A stretch of DNA of 64,000 bases from Neoechinorhynchus agilis (taxonomy: Eukaryota; Animalia; Acanthocephala): contig CM121342.1 of NCBI GenBank assembly GCA_051530055.1, positions 8,380,388 to 8,444,387 of the forward strand. The letters are read 5' to 3'. A model generated the notes under the pieces. It had not been told where the DNA came from. It saw only the letters and a program-made list of their open reading frames with translations, and did no database searches. Of the stretch, positions 23,805 through 37,609 are shown one piece after another. The position numbers and the translations under genes are program-made. Positions within the stretch are counted from its first letter, which is position 1; each line of letters opens with the position of its first letter.

Positions 23805-25090
23805 CTCTTTGATCTTCATATAAAAGGATTTATTTAAATTTTAAAACTATTCAAAAACTATTATTTTTTGTTGTAAAATGATAAACTTTTTTTTATGAAA
23901 CTCTTTCACTAATGGTTTAATTTTTATAAATCTTCCTTTTCCTAATTATTGTTTAGGGTCCGCTAAAAAGTTTCTTTTCAACTTTTGGGCATTTATTGCA
24001 TATTTTTTGATCTTCATATAAAAGGATTTATCTAAATTTTAAAACTATTCAAAAACTCTTTTTTCACTAAAGGTTTAATTCTTATAAATCTTCCTTTTCC
24101 TAATTATTGTTTAAGGTCCGCTAAAAAGTTTCTTTTCAACTTTTTGGCATTTATTGCGTATTTTTTGATCTTCATATAAAAGGATTTATTTAAATTTTAA
24201 AACTATTCAAAAACTCATTTTTCACTAAAGGTTTAATTTTTATAAATCTTCCTTTTCCTAATTATTGTTTAAGGTCCGCTAAAAAGTTTCTTTTCAGCTT
24301 TTTGGCATTTATTGCGTATTTTTTGATCTTCATATAAAAGGATTTATCTAAATTTTAAAACTATTCAAAAACTCTTTTTTCACTAAAGATTTAATTCTTA
24401 TAAATCTTCCTTTTCCTAATTATTGTTTAAGATCCGCTAAAAAGTTTCTTTTCAACTTTTTGGCATTTATTGAGTTTTTTTTTGATCTTCATATAAAAGG
24501 ATTTATTTAAATTTTAAAACTATTCAAAAACTCTTTTTTCACTAAAGGTTTAATTCTTATAAATCTTCCTTTTCCTAATTATTGTTTAAGATCCGCTAAA
24601 AAGTTTCTTTTCAACTTTTGGGCATTTATTGAGTATTTTTTTGATCTTCATATAAAAGGATTTATTTAAATTTTAAAACTATTCAAAAACTCTTTTTTTC
24701 ACTAAAGGTTTAATTCTTATAAATCTTCCTTTTCCTAATTATTCTTTAAGATCCGCTAAAAAGTTTCTTTTCCACTTTTGGGCATTTATTGCATATTGAG
24801 TATTTTTTGATCTTCCTATAAAAGGATTTATTTAAATTTTAAAACTATTCAAAAACTCTTTTTTCACTAAAGATTTAATTCTTATAAATCTTCCTTTCCC
24901 TAATTATTGTTTAAAGTCCGCTAAAGTTTTAAACTTTTTGGCATTTATTGCGTATTTTTTGATATTCATATAAAAGGATTTATTTAAATTTTAAAACTAT
25001 TCAAAAACTCTTTTTTTCACTAATGATTTGATTTTTATAAATCTTCCTTTTCCTAATAATCTACTCGAAGGTTTTCTTTTAAACTTTTGT
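23805..25090. repeat. AT-rich tandem repeat, ~158-bp unit, ~8 copies
   Basis: GATCTTCATATAAAAGGATTT recurs at about 23811, 24009, 24167, 24325, 24484, 24643, 24809 and 24961. Confidence 0.95.
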
Positions 25091-25429
25091 GAATTTATGT
25101 CTATTGTTTGGCAAGAAGCACCCGTATCTGAAATGAACGAATAAAAAATGTATTATTTTCTGTATTTCTTCGGTTCATTTACGGAGTTCTTAATGTTTCT
25201 CCTTACTGCGATAATCCCCGTGACTGTCACTCCTGTCGAGTCACCTTTTCTTAAAAACTAATGTGTATGGGCCTTAAATGAGAGTTTTAAAGCAAGAATG
25301 AGTCTATATTCCTAACGTTACAGTTAGGTCACGCTTACAACCCGTCTTAACTCACCTTTTGTCTTTTACAAAAGAGTTTGCTCACGGCATTTTCTCGTCG
25401 AGCGAATTTCGCCCATTTTTCAGAAATCA

Positions 25430-27344
25430 ATGAAAAGTGAAGATGTTCCCCTTGAAGTCGTCACAACAGACGGAGAGGATCCCTTGACTGATCCGGTGTC
25501 GGATTACAAGAAGCCGCGGTTTGTTGGTTTGAGCAAAGAAGTGAGTCTCTCGTTTTCATGAAGGTTCCTACTTAAGCCTCAATGAATTTAGGAATTGGAT
25601 AGAAGTGCTGGCAGTAAGAAATGGCGTCGAATACGTCTAGTGTTATTCGCTTTGTTTTGGATATTGTGGGCAGCACTTCTTCTAGCCGCGATCCTTTTGC
25701 TAGTAAATACTCCCAAGTGCGCGAGACAAATTCAATTGGAGTGGTACGAAGGAAGTCCAGGTTACAGCATCGAAGTTCGATCGTTTCTTGATACCGATAA
25801 AAACGGCATTGGTGATGTTAATGGTATTATAGAGAAACTGAATTATATAAAGAACCAGGGATACAAGTTTATAATTATTTCCAATTCTGTACTGAATGAA
25901 ACTGAGTACATGAAATTAAATTCCACATTGGCTTCAATCGAGAATATTAAGACGCTTCAAGCGCAGGCCAAGGCGAAAAGTCTGAAGGTGGTTATCGAAA
26001 TTCCTTTTAACAAAAGCCATGGAGCCGTAAAACGCAAAGAAAGTGCTGAATATTGGTGCAACCAAATAAGATTGGATGGTATCCTTATGAGAATTCAGGG
26101 AGAAGATGAGGTAAAAGTTTTTAATGTGGGTTTCGAATCGCTATTTCAATTTTTTTAAAACCAGCCTTTTATAATTTATTAAATTCGATATTTCCGAGAC
26201 GCATAATCTTGCGTACGCATTTATCAAACACTTTAACAAGTTCAATAAAGACGTACGCGAGATTGTGCTCCTCTGGAATATCGGATCTAAAAAATCGATA
26301 CTTCAAAATTTCGTTATATAAAAAGTTTTTGATTCGTTTTATGTACGAGTTAAATCTACGATTTTCTTGAATAAAATTATTAGTTTCTTTAGACGCCATT
26401 GGGAAATGAAGTGTATGATGAGCTCGAGCGAATCTCCAAGAAGACGTTAAAGAAAAAGTAAGTTTAACGTGAAAATCTTCGTTTCTTGAAATATTACGTT
26501 GCTAAAGAGCGCTTATTTTGGATACTAATCGAAGCGGTTTAAAAGCTCATTTGTTTATTCGTACCTTGGATTTCGGTGGAAATGGGAGTCTCATTGAAAA
26601 AACTTCTAAATTGCTATGCAGCAATGAAACACGTCGTGTTGCTAATCAAGTAAGATTCGAATGTCTACAATTGTACCTATGTTTTTGTCCACGTTTGTTT
26701 AGCTCGACTCCATCTATACTCCTCGCGTTATTGAAAAAGAGGGAATAAATGCGGACTACAACTCTTATCTGGCTCTCTTGACCACCGTGTACTTTGCAAT
26801 CGGAACACCGATTATAACCTACGGAACAGAACTCATGATTAATTCATCGCAGAACACGAATTTTGAAGGAATGCCGATCATGGGTTGGGAAAAACAATCT
26901 CAATTTCTTGGATTCACTAGCGGTGAGATGACGTGGATTAACGTAACAGCAAAAACACGAACTGTCCAAGAATTGACGGCGTATGGGGCCTCAATATCTG
27001 CTTTAACTTTGATTACGAAACTCAATGAATTGGTTATGTCTCATAAGCCGCTGTCTAATTCAACCAGTAAATTATTAAATTCAACAAACAATTCTCTATT
27101 GTTAAAATTGTCCAGCGACGAAGATTATCCGTCTTACTTGGTAGCAATAAATCTTGGAGACACCGCCGAATTTTCAAGTGCACCTTGTAGCCAATTTGGG
27201 AAAAATGCGGACTGTAAGCTAAAACGTATTTTTGATTCAAGCAAAAAGAATATGACGGTATTCGATGAAGATGATCTTGAAGTTCCAATTGAAGCTTTCA
27301 TGATTCCCAAATCTTCGTTGATGGTAATGGTTGATCCCAAATAA
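25430..27344 (+). CDS. SLC3A2: SLC3-family amino acid transporter heavy chain (4F2hc/CD98hc-like), five exons with GT-AG introns
   Basis: FVGLSKE|ELDRSAGSKKWRRIRLVLFALFWILW...PKC; SFLDTDKNGIGDVNGIIEKLNYIK; GTPIITYGTEL. All four introns splice in phase as GT-AG. Confidence 0.92.
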
Positions 27345-28381
27345 CATTCTTGGAGAGTGAAACGAAAACTGACTTCTTTCTATTAGAGTGAGGAGTTTAG
27401 GGGAATCATTTTATTTAAAAAAAACGCAGTTGAAATTAACTATCCTGATAAGGGACAGGTTTTTTGTACCGAAAAGAACAAACGTGGAAAATAATCGCGG
27501 TAAAAAAACTTGAACGCCTTCAATGAGTTTGGTTGTTTCAAATTTCCATTTCAGGAAAAAAACGGTACTTTTCCCCCCGCCGGATTCAAAAATTCACTAA
27601 TTCATTTCTGATATTTCACGTCGGATAATTCCGACATTTTCCCAAGATTTTATCATTGCTTGTGAATTTTGCAATATGTAAACCCGTATAAACCTTATCC
27701 AACGTAAAATATCGGGGAAATAAATCATCGGTGAATTTTTTAATCCGAGGTAGCAAAACTGAGAAAGGAAGTATCTTTTCCCCCCAAGACAATAATATAA
27801 GACATAAAAAATATTAATTTGGCAAATCCAGTCTCTTTCTTCAGCTGAGATGCGCGAAAACTTTGAAGAGAGAAATAATGAAATTGGCATAATTTTTAAA
27901 ATCTCGTTTTATAGAATATGCGCGGCCATCTTTAGGTTTGGTATTCACAAAAAGTAACCTTGAATTGTTATTCAAGCTCTTGTTTCTTTTGATTAAAAAA
28001 ACGAGACACCCTTAAAAATCCGCCGAATAAGACTCCATTTTCACATTAAAAATGCTTCCTTGATTCGCTCAGAACACGTAGAATTACTTACACTTCCGAC
28101 TGCTTTGTAGACGTTTCAAAATAACTTAATATGGATTTCCTCATCTGACTTTGGCTTTTTAAACTGTGTTTAATACTCGATTTCTTAGGCAAATCATCCT
28201 TATTAGTACCCTTTCCTATTGAATGTCTCTTAGGTCGGTCTTCGCAGGGAATCGTAGCGAAAATAGAGGACGTACTCAGCCTCTTCCATGGTCGGGTTTT
28301 CGCTTCTGAATCGACTACAAACAATGGACGGGCTGTATAAAAGAGCGGATGATGAACACGGACCAATCATCTTCCACCAAT

Positions 28382-29641
28382 TCATTTAGATCCGCTATTC
28401 TCCTCCTTTAGATTTTCGATTGGATTTCTTCTCAACTGAGCAGGTAAAATTCCAAAATATGGACTTGCTGGAGATGACATTGTGTCCTGCGGTTTTTTAC
28501 GATCCAAGAAACGCTTTGATGGTGTATCCTCCCGGTTCGAACATTCGTTTGCAATTAAGGACTCCTCTTGTATTGATTTATCCAAAGACGTTTCCTCATC
28601 CGCGTCTTTTCCCTTCTTCTTTACACACTCGATTTCCTTCTGAGAATAATTCAAGTGCCCTTTGCACTGATCGACAGTTATTTCACCTCCAAAGATCTCC
28701 CCGAATTCCACAATCATCTTAAAATCACTGGGCAAATCCTGCAGATGCCTTAGCTTACTTAATCGAGGGTCAAAAACGACCTGATGTTTAAACATCAGAT
28801 CAGCCAATTCAAATTTTGTATCAAAATCCTCGTCGAAACACGTTGATGTTGACAATCGAATCTTAACACATCTTAAAACTTCTTTTAATTCAACGTGTCT
28901 AATCTGCATCAAAATCTTTCTAGCCTTAGCCAAACCAATTCCAGGGATCCCTTTAAAATAATCACATCCGGCCATAATGCACATCCATCGAAGGCGATCC
29001 ATACTGTACATGTGACCAAGTTTACTCAAAGCTGGGAATTTCTCATCGTCAATCAAACATCCATGCCCATTCTCGTCTAACTTATAAAGAATTTTCCTGC
29101 ATCCAAACGGGATTAAGTCTGAGTCCTCACTTATGACAAGATCTACGATTCCAGATATATTCAAAAAGGCCAATTGAGCGTCTGCTTCATAAGGAGCGAC
29201 TAAATAGTCTATATTTCGGTCTCGTAGCCAGCTCATGACCTCTCGTGCAATCTCGAAAGTGACCTCAAAAGCTGATCGAAAGCAAGACCGAACTTCCAGG
29301 TCGGTTTTTCCCCGTCGTTCGAGAAGGTCATGTGCTTTACGGAGGCTGGCTTGTCGGGATTGTCTACGAGCCGCGTCCACGTCGCTCTTAAGTGGCAAAT
29401 CGTGACCATCGAATACCATTAGAGGGCGAATTCCAGCTTCTGTCAAGACGTTTATACGACGGTTTATGTAAGTCTTTAAATACTGGGTTTTTCCTTCCAG
29501 CATTATCTCCATTGCAGTGTTAAAGGCTCCTTTGTATATCCACGAGTAGACGTCAATCGCCGCGGTGCAATTGGCGAATTCTGTTATATGAACTTGGCGA
29601 GTATTGTCTCGAGCGAATACAAGTAAACCCGGAATCCCCAT
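28382..29641 (-). CDS. EXO1: Exonuclease 1 (XPG/Rad2 family), intronless, 419 aa
   Basis: MGIPGLL; AIDVYSWIYKGAF; MVFDG; VAPYEADAQLAFL; ISEDSDLIPFGC; MAGCDYFKGIPGIGLAKA; FKHQVVFDP. Confidence 0.97.
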   Translation of the reverse strand: MGIPGLLVFARDNTRQVHITEFANCTAAIDVYSWIYKGAFNTAMEIMLEGKTQYLKTYINRRINVLTEAGIRPLMVFDGHDLPLKSDVDAARRQSRQASLRKAHDLLERRGKTDLEVRSCFRSAFEVTFEIAREVMSWLRDRNIDYLVAPYEADAQLAFLNISGIVDLVISEDSDLIPFGCRKILYKLDENGHGCLIDDEKFPALSKLGHMYSMDRLRWMCIMAGCDYFKGIPGIGLAKARKILMQIRHVELKEVLRCVKIRLSTSTCFDEDFDTKFELADLMFKHQVVFDPRLSKLRHLQDLPSDFKMIVEFGEIFGGEITVDQCKGHLNYSQKEIECVKKKGKDADEETSLDKSIQEESLIANECSNREDTPSKRFLDRKKPQDTMSSPASPYFGILPAQLRRNPIENLKEENSGSK

Positions 29642-31630
29642 ATTGAACTCTAGAAAAGAGACAAACGTAGATTGACAAAAGATTAGCCGAGTTTCATAAT
29701 TGAAATTAGAATAGCACGTTTATTTCTCAATCCACAAAGAATAAGACCCGTGTACCATTGGGTCTTTCCATAATTTTAAGAGCGCAGGTTTAGAAATGGG
29801 CTTGCCGTTCATTCGTCCAAACAAACAATCTTATAAGTTGTGTTTGAGTCCAGTGAGGAAATTATTTCGATTTCTCTAGGTGTTAGTAATGATCGGATTG
29901 CTGGTCGAATTCGAAATGTGGTATATTTCCTCGATCAGTTTGAATTTATAGATCAGGTCCGGAAAAAAACCCAACACAAGGGAACGGGTCACCGGGAGTC
30001 CGTAAAACTTAGCCGTATTATTATTATTTTGCGTCGTCGATTTAGTTAATATCTCCTAACCCCATAGATTTCAAATAAATTTCTGTTAGCTTCCACGATA
30101 GTTTCAAGCTAATTCATCATCATTTTGGAGACTGAACGGGAACGGCGAATAAGAATTTTCATCGAGTCCGAAAAACTAATTCAAAGATGAAGTTTAAAAA
30201 AGAAAATGGTGATCATGTTACAAATTTTGCAATATGGCAAAAGCTTTGTTTTTAAGAGAAAATCCTTTGGGGTAATAGGGTTCGAAGTGTGGTGATCACC
30301 GGATAAAAAATATTTTGAATTGAGATATTTCGAAAGAGGAAGCCTTATCGATCATCAAAAAAGGTTTTAGTTATCTTGAATGGATCGGGTACGTGGGATC
30401 GTCATTTTCGAGGTCCCAGGACCACAAATATTTTTTATATGGGAATAACTAAAAAAATTGAGGGTTATTTTGGTCGAGAGCATTGTAAATGGGCTAGTTA
30501 AAAACCAAAATTTTATTTTAAATTTATTGAAACAAATCAAATCATTTACTTTGTGTCTAATCTCAACCGCTTAACTAAAGAATCGCAAAGCGGGATTATT
30601 CCTTCGATGTTAATTATACTTTAAATTATTAAACAAAAAAATCTAATGGTTTTTGGTAAATTGTATACAATGCAATTAATCAGTGCTTGTGCACCGTTCA
30701 ATCAATCGAGCGAAACTTTAACTATTTATTCAACAATGCTTTTTGAGTGGCACTGGTAAATCCTGGAGGAATTCTCAAATAGAAACGAACTCTTCAATAA
30801 AATGAAGTTCAAAGCGGAAAAGGAAGGTTCTTTTGATTCGATTGGTGAGTTTGGCGAAACCTTTAATGTATCTGTAGCTGCATGCGATCATCAATAATCG
30901 AAGACCTATTAGAAATATGGACAGCATGCGATCATGGATATTGTTCGGATCACTTCAAAGGACGTTGAACAGGTCTTGCGATAATCCATTGGAGATTAAC
31001 AAACTTGGCGTTCATTCATCATTCAGGAAGTTATATAAAATGATGAATCAATCAAAAATCACTAAGAATCGCAAAAGAACACGACTAAGATCGAGACAAA
31101 CATAAGAAGAAAATTGGCGCTCAAAATACTGATCAGTAAAGAGCCGGATACTCAATAGAATAGTGGACATTTTAGCCCGCGCCAATTAAAAAGAAGAAAG
31201 TAAATGCGGATAGAAACTTGGACGAAATCGCGTTCTCGGTGATTGGCGCAAATCCGCGATATACCAATCGGCTCCAAAATCAACAATTGCGTTTTTGTGA
31301 GGACCGAAAGGTACATGGGTCTAATTTCTTAAATAATAAATAAACGTGTTAATTGCTCCGTGGATCTCGATATGTAGCCGAATGCTGGCCAATCCCCAGA
31401 AATGATGAGCAACGCATCGTCTTCATGGAGACGAAAATACTGAGTTGTATCAGTGTCCGAAAATAGCCGATCGAAACTAAGCCTTCGACCGTGAAAAATG
31501 GAGGAAGAGATGAGCAACAGCCGTACACTTATCCGAAACAAACGAAGGCCCTCGATTTTTTAGTAATTGTCAATTTAATCTTATTTAAGTAATGATCATT
31601 ACAAATTATATAATACATTATATCATTCAC

Positions 31631-32064
31631 ACCACCACCACCACCACCACCACCACCACCACCACCACCACCACCACCACCACCACCACCACCACCACCA
31701 CCACCACCACCACCACCACCACCACCACCACCACCACCACCACCACCACCACCACCACCACCACCACCACCACCACCACCACCACCACCACCACCACCAC
31801 CACCACCACCACCACCACCACCACCACCACCACCACCACCACCACCACCACCACCACCACCACCACCACCACCACCACCACCACCACCACCACCACCACC
31901 ACCACCACCACCACCACCACCACCACCACCACCACCACCACCACCACCACCACCACCACCACCACCACCACCACCACCACCACCACCACCACCACCACCA
32001 CCACCACCACCACCACCACCACCACCACCACCACCACCACCACCACCACCACCACCACCACCAC
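31631..32064. repeat. Pure (ACC)n microsatellite, ~145 units
   Basis: Uninterrupted ACC triplets, read directly from the sequence. Confidence 0.99.
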
Positions 32065-33376
32065 TCGGCGCATCATTACAGCTCCATTTTATGTCCGGCT
32101 AGCCGGTTTCATTTTTTTCTTTAAGTTTTGAAGTGAACATCTCTTACAAGGCTGATTATTTTATTGCTTTTGTTCACACAACCAACCGATGTTTTTAAAT
32201 CCCTCCAGATAGTCAGATGCATCCCGAGGAGGCGAACTATCCTTGGAACCGCCGAAAAAGCTAAGAAAGTTCCGTTATCAAATTATAATACCTCGCTCAG
32301 AGTTGAAGCCTTATCGTTGAATTTACAAGATCAAACCTGCGAATACTTCTACGATGAAGTGTCCCTGTTTGGTCTAGTCAAGTTGATCAATCAAAAAACG
32401 TTAGCGGCAAAGCTCAATCGCCATCGTTTTTTGGGTTCGGCAACTGAAAAAGTCGAGGAACTCATTGGTTTAAAGCAATCAAAATAATTCCTCCATATGC
32501 ATTTTCACGGCTCCTCAGCAATAGTTGTTTTAAATAGAAATTAAAATGCGAATTTCTTTGTCGACTTTGAAGTCTCGATTAGATCCCGTTTTCTCTAAAA
32601 AAAGGCACATCCTAACATTGAATGTAATGCTTAAAAACCGGTAAAATAATTTTTAATTTTATTATAAAACAACTGTTTCCGTGTTAATACGATTCTAAGG
32701 TGATAAGTCGGGCAGTGAAATTTTAATTTATGGTAGTCTTAACACGAATTCGATTTATTATTCGAAAGTAAATAAATAGGTTTTTACTTTGATACCTCAA
32801 TTAAAACGCCTTCTATTTTACACTTCAAATAATTTTAGGTAATTCGCGATTTTTATTTGTTAAAATGCTTTTCCACTAACGTTCAACTTAAAAGCCAATT
32901 CTATTTTTTAGTTCGATAACGCAGGAAAGTGATCAATCGATTAATTAACGTAAGATGGATAAATATATTCGTTCCCATCCGTTCTTGGTCTATATTGATA
33001 AAGTGGGTGTATGCGCTAGTTTTAAACTTTACGAAGGTTGGAACCATCTTGGAAAATTGAACCCTTAAGTGACTTAGGTTTGCAAATCTTTTAGCGTTCA
33101 AAGCGCCTCAATCCAATCTCAAAATTGAAATATGCCCTCCAAAATTGACAAAATCCATCAAGGATCTAAAATTCTTCATAACAAATTGAAAATTCGTTGC
33201 AAAAAGTAAAAATGCGCCTACAATGATTTAATGTTTATATTGATCGTCACCCGGACGATTTTATTGTCCACGGATTATGCCCGCTAAGACGAAGAAAATT
33301 TATCTGGAACCTCTGGTATTATTGTAAATTTCTAATGATTCAATGTTTCAACTGATTTTTTGCCTGGACGATTTGA

Positions 33377-33757
33377 TTGTATTACCATTACCAATTTAAT
33401 GCCCCAAAATCCAATATCCATATCGAAATACGTCTTCTAAGATTTACAAAGTTAATGGTAAGAAATCCTCGTGGTGGCGATGTCCATCAATTATATTTTT
33501 ATATCAACCATCGCCAAGAAGATTTAAATTTTAAATTGTTTACAGCATCGATAGCATCTATTACTATCAAACAAACTGATGATGAACCCGACGAGGTTCG
33601 AAACGTTTTTAATCCAAAAAATGTTATTTACCGCGGGCGTAGACTTCTAAACAATAATTCCGATCACATTCCCCGGTTCGTCCTCACATATCGACATTTT
33701 TACATGCCCAATGTGTTTAAACTTAATTTCAATATCGAAACATGCCCTGAAGATTAG
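33377..33757 (+). CDS. Uncharacterised ORF or exon with a disrupted relative at 5.1-5.9 kb
   Basis: 126-aa open frame; a 26-nt and a 20-nt block are identical to 5215-5240 and 5914-5933. Confidence 0.35.
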   Translation: MYYHYQFNAPKSNIHIEIRLLRFTKLMVRNPRGGDVHQLYFYINHRQEDLNFKLFTASIASITIKQTDDEPDEVRNVFNPKNVIYRGRRLLNNNSDHIPRFVLTYRHFYMPNVFKLNFNIETCPED

Positions 33758-35064
33758 AAGAATGCGCCAAGAATCGAAAATAAGACATTTAATTCGCTCG
33801 GGTATTTCTCGTTTGCGATATAAATTTTCAAAACGGTTATGTATAATTTAAATGCGCGATTTAAACAACATAACCCCTTTATTTCAATTTTCCTAATACA
33901 TTTCAGTTAATAGTCTTAAAATGATCTTCTCGAGGCAGATTTATAATGTTTAGAAAAGCGTTGATTTCCTGCAGTGATCTAAAAGTTTAAGGTGAGCAAA
34001 CAAGAATAAAACACAATTCGATAATAGTTTTAATAAATATCGGCATTTGTAGAATGCACTTACATCTTTCTCCATTTTTAAACCCGGAGTAAACTGACTA
34101 TCTATTCTACGATAGCTAAAAAAGATACATTTTATCTTTACCGACTGGACACCTTTTGGCTTTATCATCGCTGATTGATAGGAATACTCTTTGTGTCCCT
34201 TTCAGTACTGATCCAAAATACAAGAAATACTGCTTCCATACGATTAGGAAATCCTACTTCTTTGGAGTTCTGTTTCGGCGGTTTCTTCGTTCTAAAGTAG
34301 GAGATCTCTGAAGTCATGAACGGCCAGACGTATGGCCATAAATATTATTCAGCAACCTGCCATCTCCGTCTTTTTCATGAGAATTGACATATCCCGAATA
34401 TATCTAGTACGCAGCTGCTTTCTTGCTCCAGCAATCGCTTGTCAAGACAAGAAGTAGCGTTCATTGTGCCGGCACACACATACAATAAACCCCTCAGCTC
34501 ACATAGTCTCTTTTGATTGATTTCGCACTTCGGCGACATATAGCCAAAAAAATTCTTTTTATTCCAAATAGAACCGCTGTAGCTTTTTTGAAAAGTCTCT
34601 GTAAATCGAGGTTAAAGCGCAAATTTTGAATGAAGAACGGTCAATTTTTGGTTCAAAAACCCAACACCATTACACTATTGTTGAATTTCTAGTTCAATTT
34701 CGAGCTAGATAGCGGCATAAACGTTTTGCCGATGACTCTCTACAGAGTTGACGAAAAAATCTAAGCTTAAAAGCGTAGACTTTCTGGTTTCCTTACTTTA
34801 GAACAAAAAGGACTTTTTCGTCATTTTGAATCAAACTACCAATACGTAAGTGTCTCAAGGATTCGTAATCTTTGTTCTCCAAGGTCAAGACATCCAAAAC
34901 GATGTAAACTCCTTGGTCGTATTAAGTTCCGCGTAAGATGACAATGTATCTTTTATCAAGAAATTCTAAGCTATTATAAGTCTCCTTAAACAACCTGACC
35001 TTTTGCTCCCACCCCCAAAAAAGGGCACTTTACCGATTAAGTCAGTAAGCAATGAAGTTAGCAC

Positions 35065-37330
35065 ATTTACTAGTTATTGCACCAGATTTTTCAAATCTTT
35101 TTCAAGAATTTCCAAAGCCCCTAAAAAAGTTAAGCTTTGTAGCTGAGTTCAAAATTGATGAATCCATTTTGAAACTGAGCACTTTGTTAAATAATTCGGA
35201 TTTTTTGTTATGTAGACGATTTTTGCAATCTAAAAATCATAAAAAAGTAAAGCTTCTTAACCGAGTTAAACAAGCATTCATCCAATTTGAAACTGAGAAC
35301 TTTGCAAAATAATTCGGATTTAATTGTGATTGTACCCGATTTTCCTATTTTTATCAAGAATTTTAAAAGCACCTAAAAAAGGTAAGCGTTGTAATCGAGT
35401 TCAAAATTGATTCAACCAGTTTGAATCTAAGAACCTTGCTAAATAATTCCGATTTTATTGTCATTGTACCCGATTTTTGAAAACTTTTTCAAGAATTATA
35501 AAAATACCTAAAAAAGGTTAAGCTTTGTAACCGAGTTAAACAAGCATTCATCCAATTTGAAACTGAGAACTTTGCAAAATAATTAGGATTTCATTGAGAT
35601 TGTACCCGATTTTTGAAAACATTTTCAAGAATTTTAAAAGCACTTTAAAAAGGCTAAGCTTCTTAACCGAGTTAAACAAGCATTTATCCAATTTGAAACT
35701 GAGAACTTTGCTAAATAATTAGGATTTCATTGAGATTGTACCCGATTTTCTATTTTTATCAAGAATTTTAAAAGCACCCAAAAAAAGTAAGCGTTGCAAC
35801 CGAGTTCAAAATTGATTCAACCAGTTTGAATCTAAGAACTTTGCTAAATAATTCGGATTTTATTGTGATTGTACCCGATTTTTGAGAACTTTTTCAAGAA
35901 TTTTAAAAATACCTAAAAAAGGTTAAGCTTTGTAAGCGAGTTAAACAATCATTCATCCAATTTGAATCTGAGAACTTTGCAAAATAATTAGGATTTCATT
36001 GTGATTGTACCCGATTTTCTATATTTTCAAGAATTTTAAAAGCACTTTAAAAAGGTTAAGCTTCTTAACCGAGTTAAACAAGCATTCATCCAATTTGAAT
36101 CTAAGAACTTTGCTAAATAATTAGGATTTCATTGTGATTGTACCCGATTTTTGAAAACATTTTCAAGAATTTTAAAAGCACCTTAAAAAGGTTAAGCTTC
36201 TTAACCGAGTTAAACAAGCATTCATCCAATTTGAAACTGAGAACTTTGCTAAATAATTAGGATTTCATTGAGATTGCACCCGATTTTGCAATTTTTATCA
36301 AGAATTTTAAAAGCACCCAAAAAAAGTAAGCGTTGCAACCGAGTTCAAAATTGATTCAACCAGTTTGAATCTAAGAACTTTGCTAAATAATTCGGATTTT
36401 ATTGTGATTGTACCCGATTTTTGAAAACTTTTCAAGAATTTTAAAAATACCTAAAAAAGCTTCTTAACCGAGTTAAACAAGCATTCATCCAATTTGAAAC
36501 TGAGAACTTTGCAAAATAATTAGGATTTCATTGAGATTGTACCCGATTTTGCAATTTTTATCAAGAATTTTAAAAGCACCTTAAAAAAAGTAAGCGTTGA
36601 ACCGAGTTCAAAATTGATTCAACCAGTTTGAATCTAAGAACGTTGCTAAATAATTCCGATTTTATTGTGATTGTACCCGATTTTTGAAAACTTTTTCAAG
36701 AATTTTAAAAATACCTACAAAAGGTTAAGCTTTGTAAGCGAGTTAAGAATTGATTCAACCAGTTTAAATCTGAAAACTTTGCAAAATAATTAGGATTTCA
36801 TTGAGATTGCACCCGATTTTGCAATTTTTATCAAGAATTTTAAAAGCACCTAAAAAAAGTAAGCGTTGTAACCGAGTTCAAAATTGATTCAACCAGTTTG
36901 AATCTAAGAACTTTGCTAAAAAATTCGGATTTTTATTGTGATTGTACCCGACATTTTAACACTTTTCAACAATTTTAAAAATTACCTAAAAAAGGTTAAG
37001 CTTCTTAACCGAGTTAAACAAGCATTCATCCAATTTGAAACTGAGAACTTTGCAAAATAATTAGGATTTCATTGAGATTGTACCCGATTTTGCAATTTTT
37101 ATCAAGAATTTTAAAAGCACCTAAAAAAAGTAAGCGTTGTAACCGAGTTCAAAATTGATTCAACCAGTTTGAATCTAAGCCCGACTTTTTAACACTTTTC
37201 AACAATTTTAAAAATTACCTAAAAAAGGTTAAGCTTCTTAAACACGCTAAACAAGCATTCATCCAATTTGAAACTGAGAACTTTGCAAAATAATTCGGAT
37301 TTAATTGTGATTGTACCCGATTTTTGAAAT
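35065..37330. repeat. Tandem repeat, ~135-bp unit, ~16 copies, two interleaved subtypes
   Basis: TACCCGATTTT recurs at about 35333, 35467, 35603, 35739 and 35872 onward. Subtype cores are GTTAAACAAGCATTCATCC and GTTCAAAATTGATTCAACC. Confidence 0.95.
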
Positions 37331-37609
37331 CTAAAAATCATCCCAAAGGAAAAAGTAATTTGTAAAGATCCAAGTAGATTGAGCGAACCTGCATTCAGAT
37401 GATGGTTTAATTAACTTCCAATAAAGTCTGAAACGATATGCGATTTTCCGTTTAATGGAGAAATTCTAAAAAAAACTTTATTTGAAATTCGAAAATCCTT
37501 ATCAGCGAATATTTATAAACTCACATTGTCTTTCGTTATATAAAAAATCCATGTAGACAGTCCACAACTAATCAATAAATCTCCGCGATTGGATTATTGA
37601 CTAATACAC

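Noticed and set aside
31592-32131. Poly-Thr and poly-Val ORFs
   Set aside because: By-products of the (ACC)n tract.
33570-33630. Hammerhead-like CTGATGA-T-GAACC...GGTTC-GAAA-CGTTTTT...AAAAATGTT
   Set aside because: Needs an extra base after the core and another at the cleavage site, stem I is only AAA/TTT, it lies in an open frame, and the 5.2-kb relative lacks GAAA.
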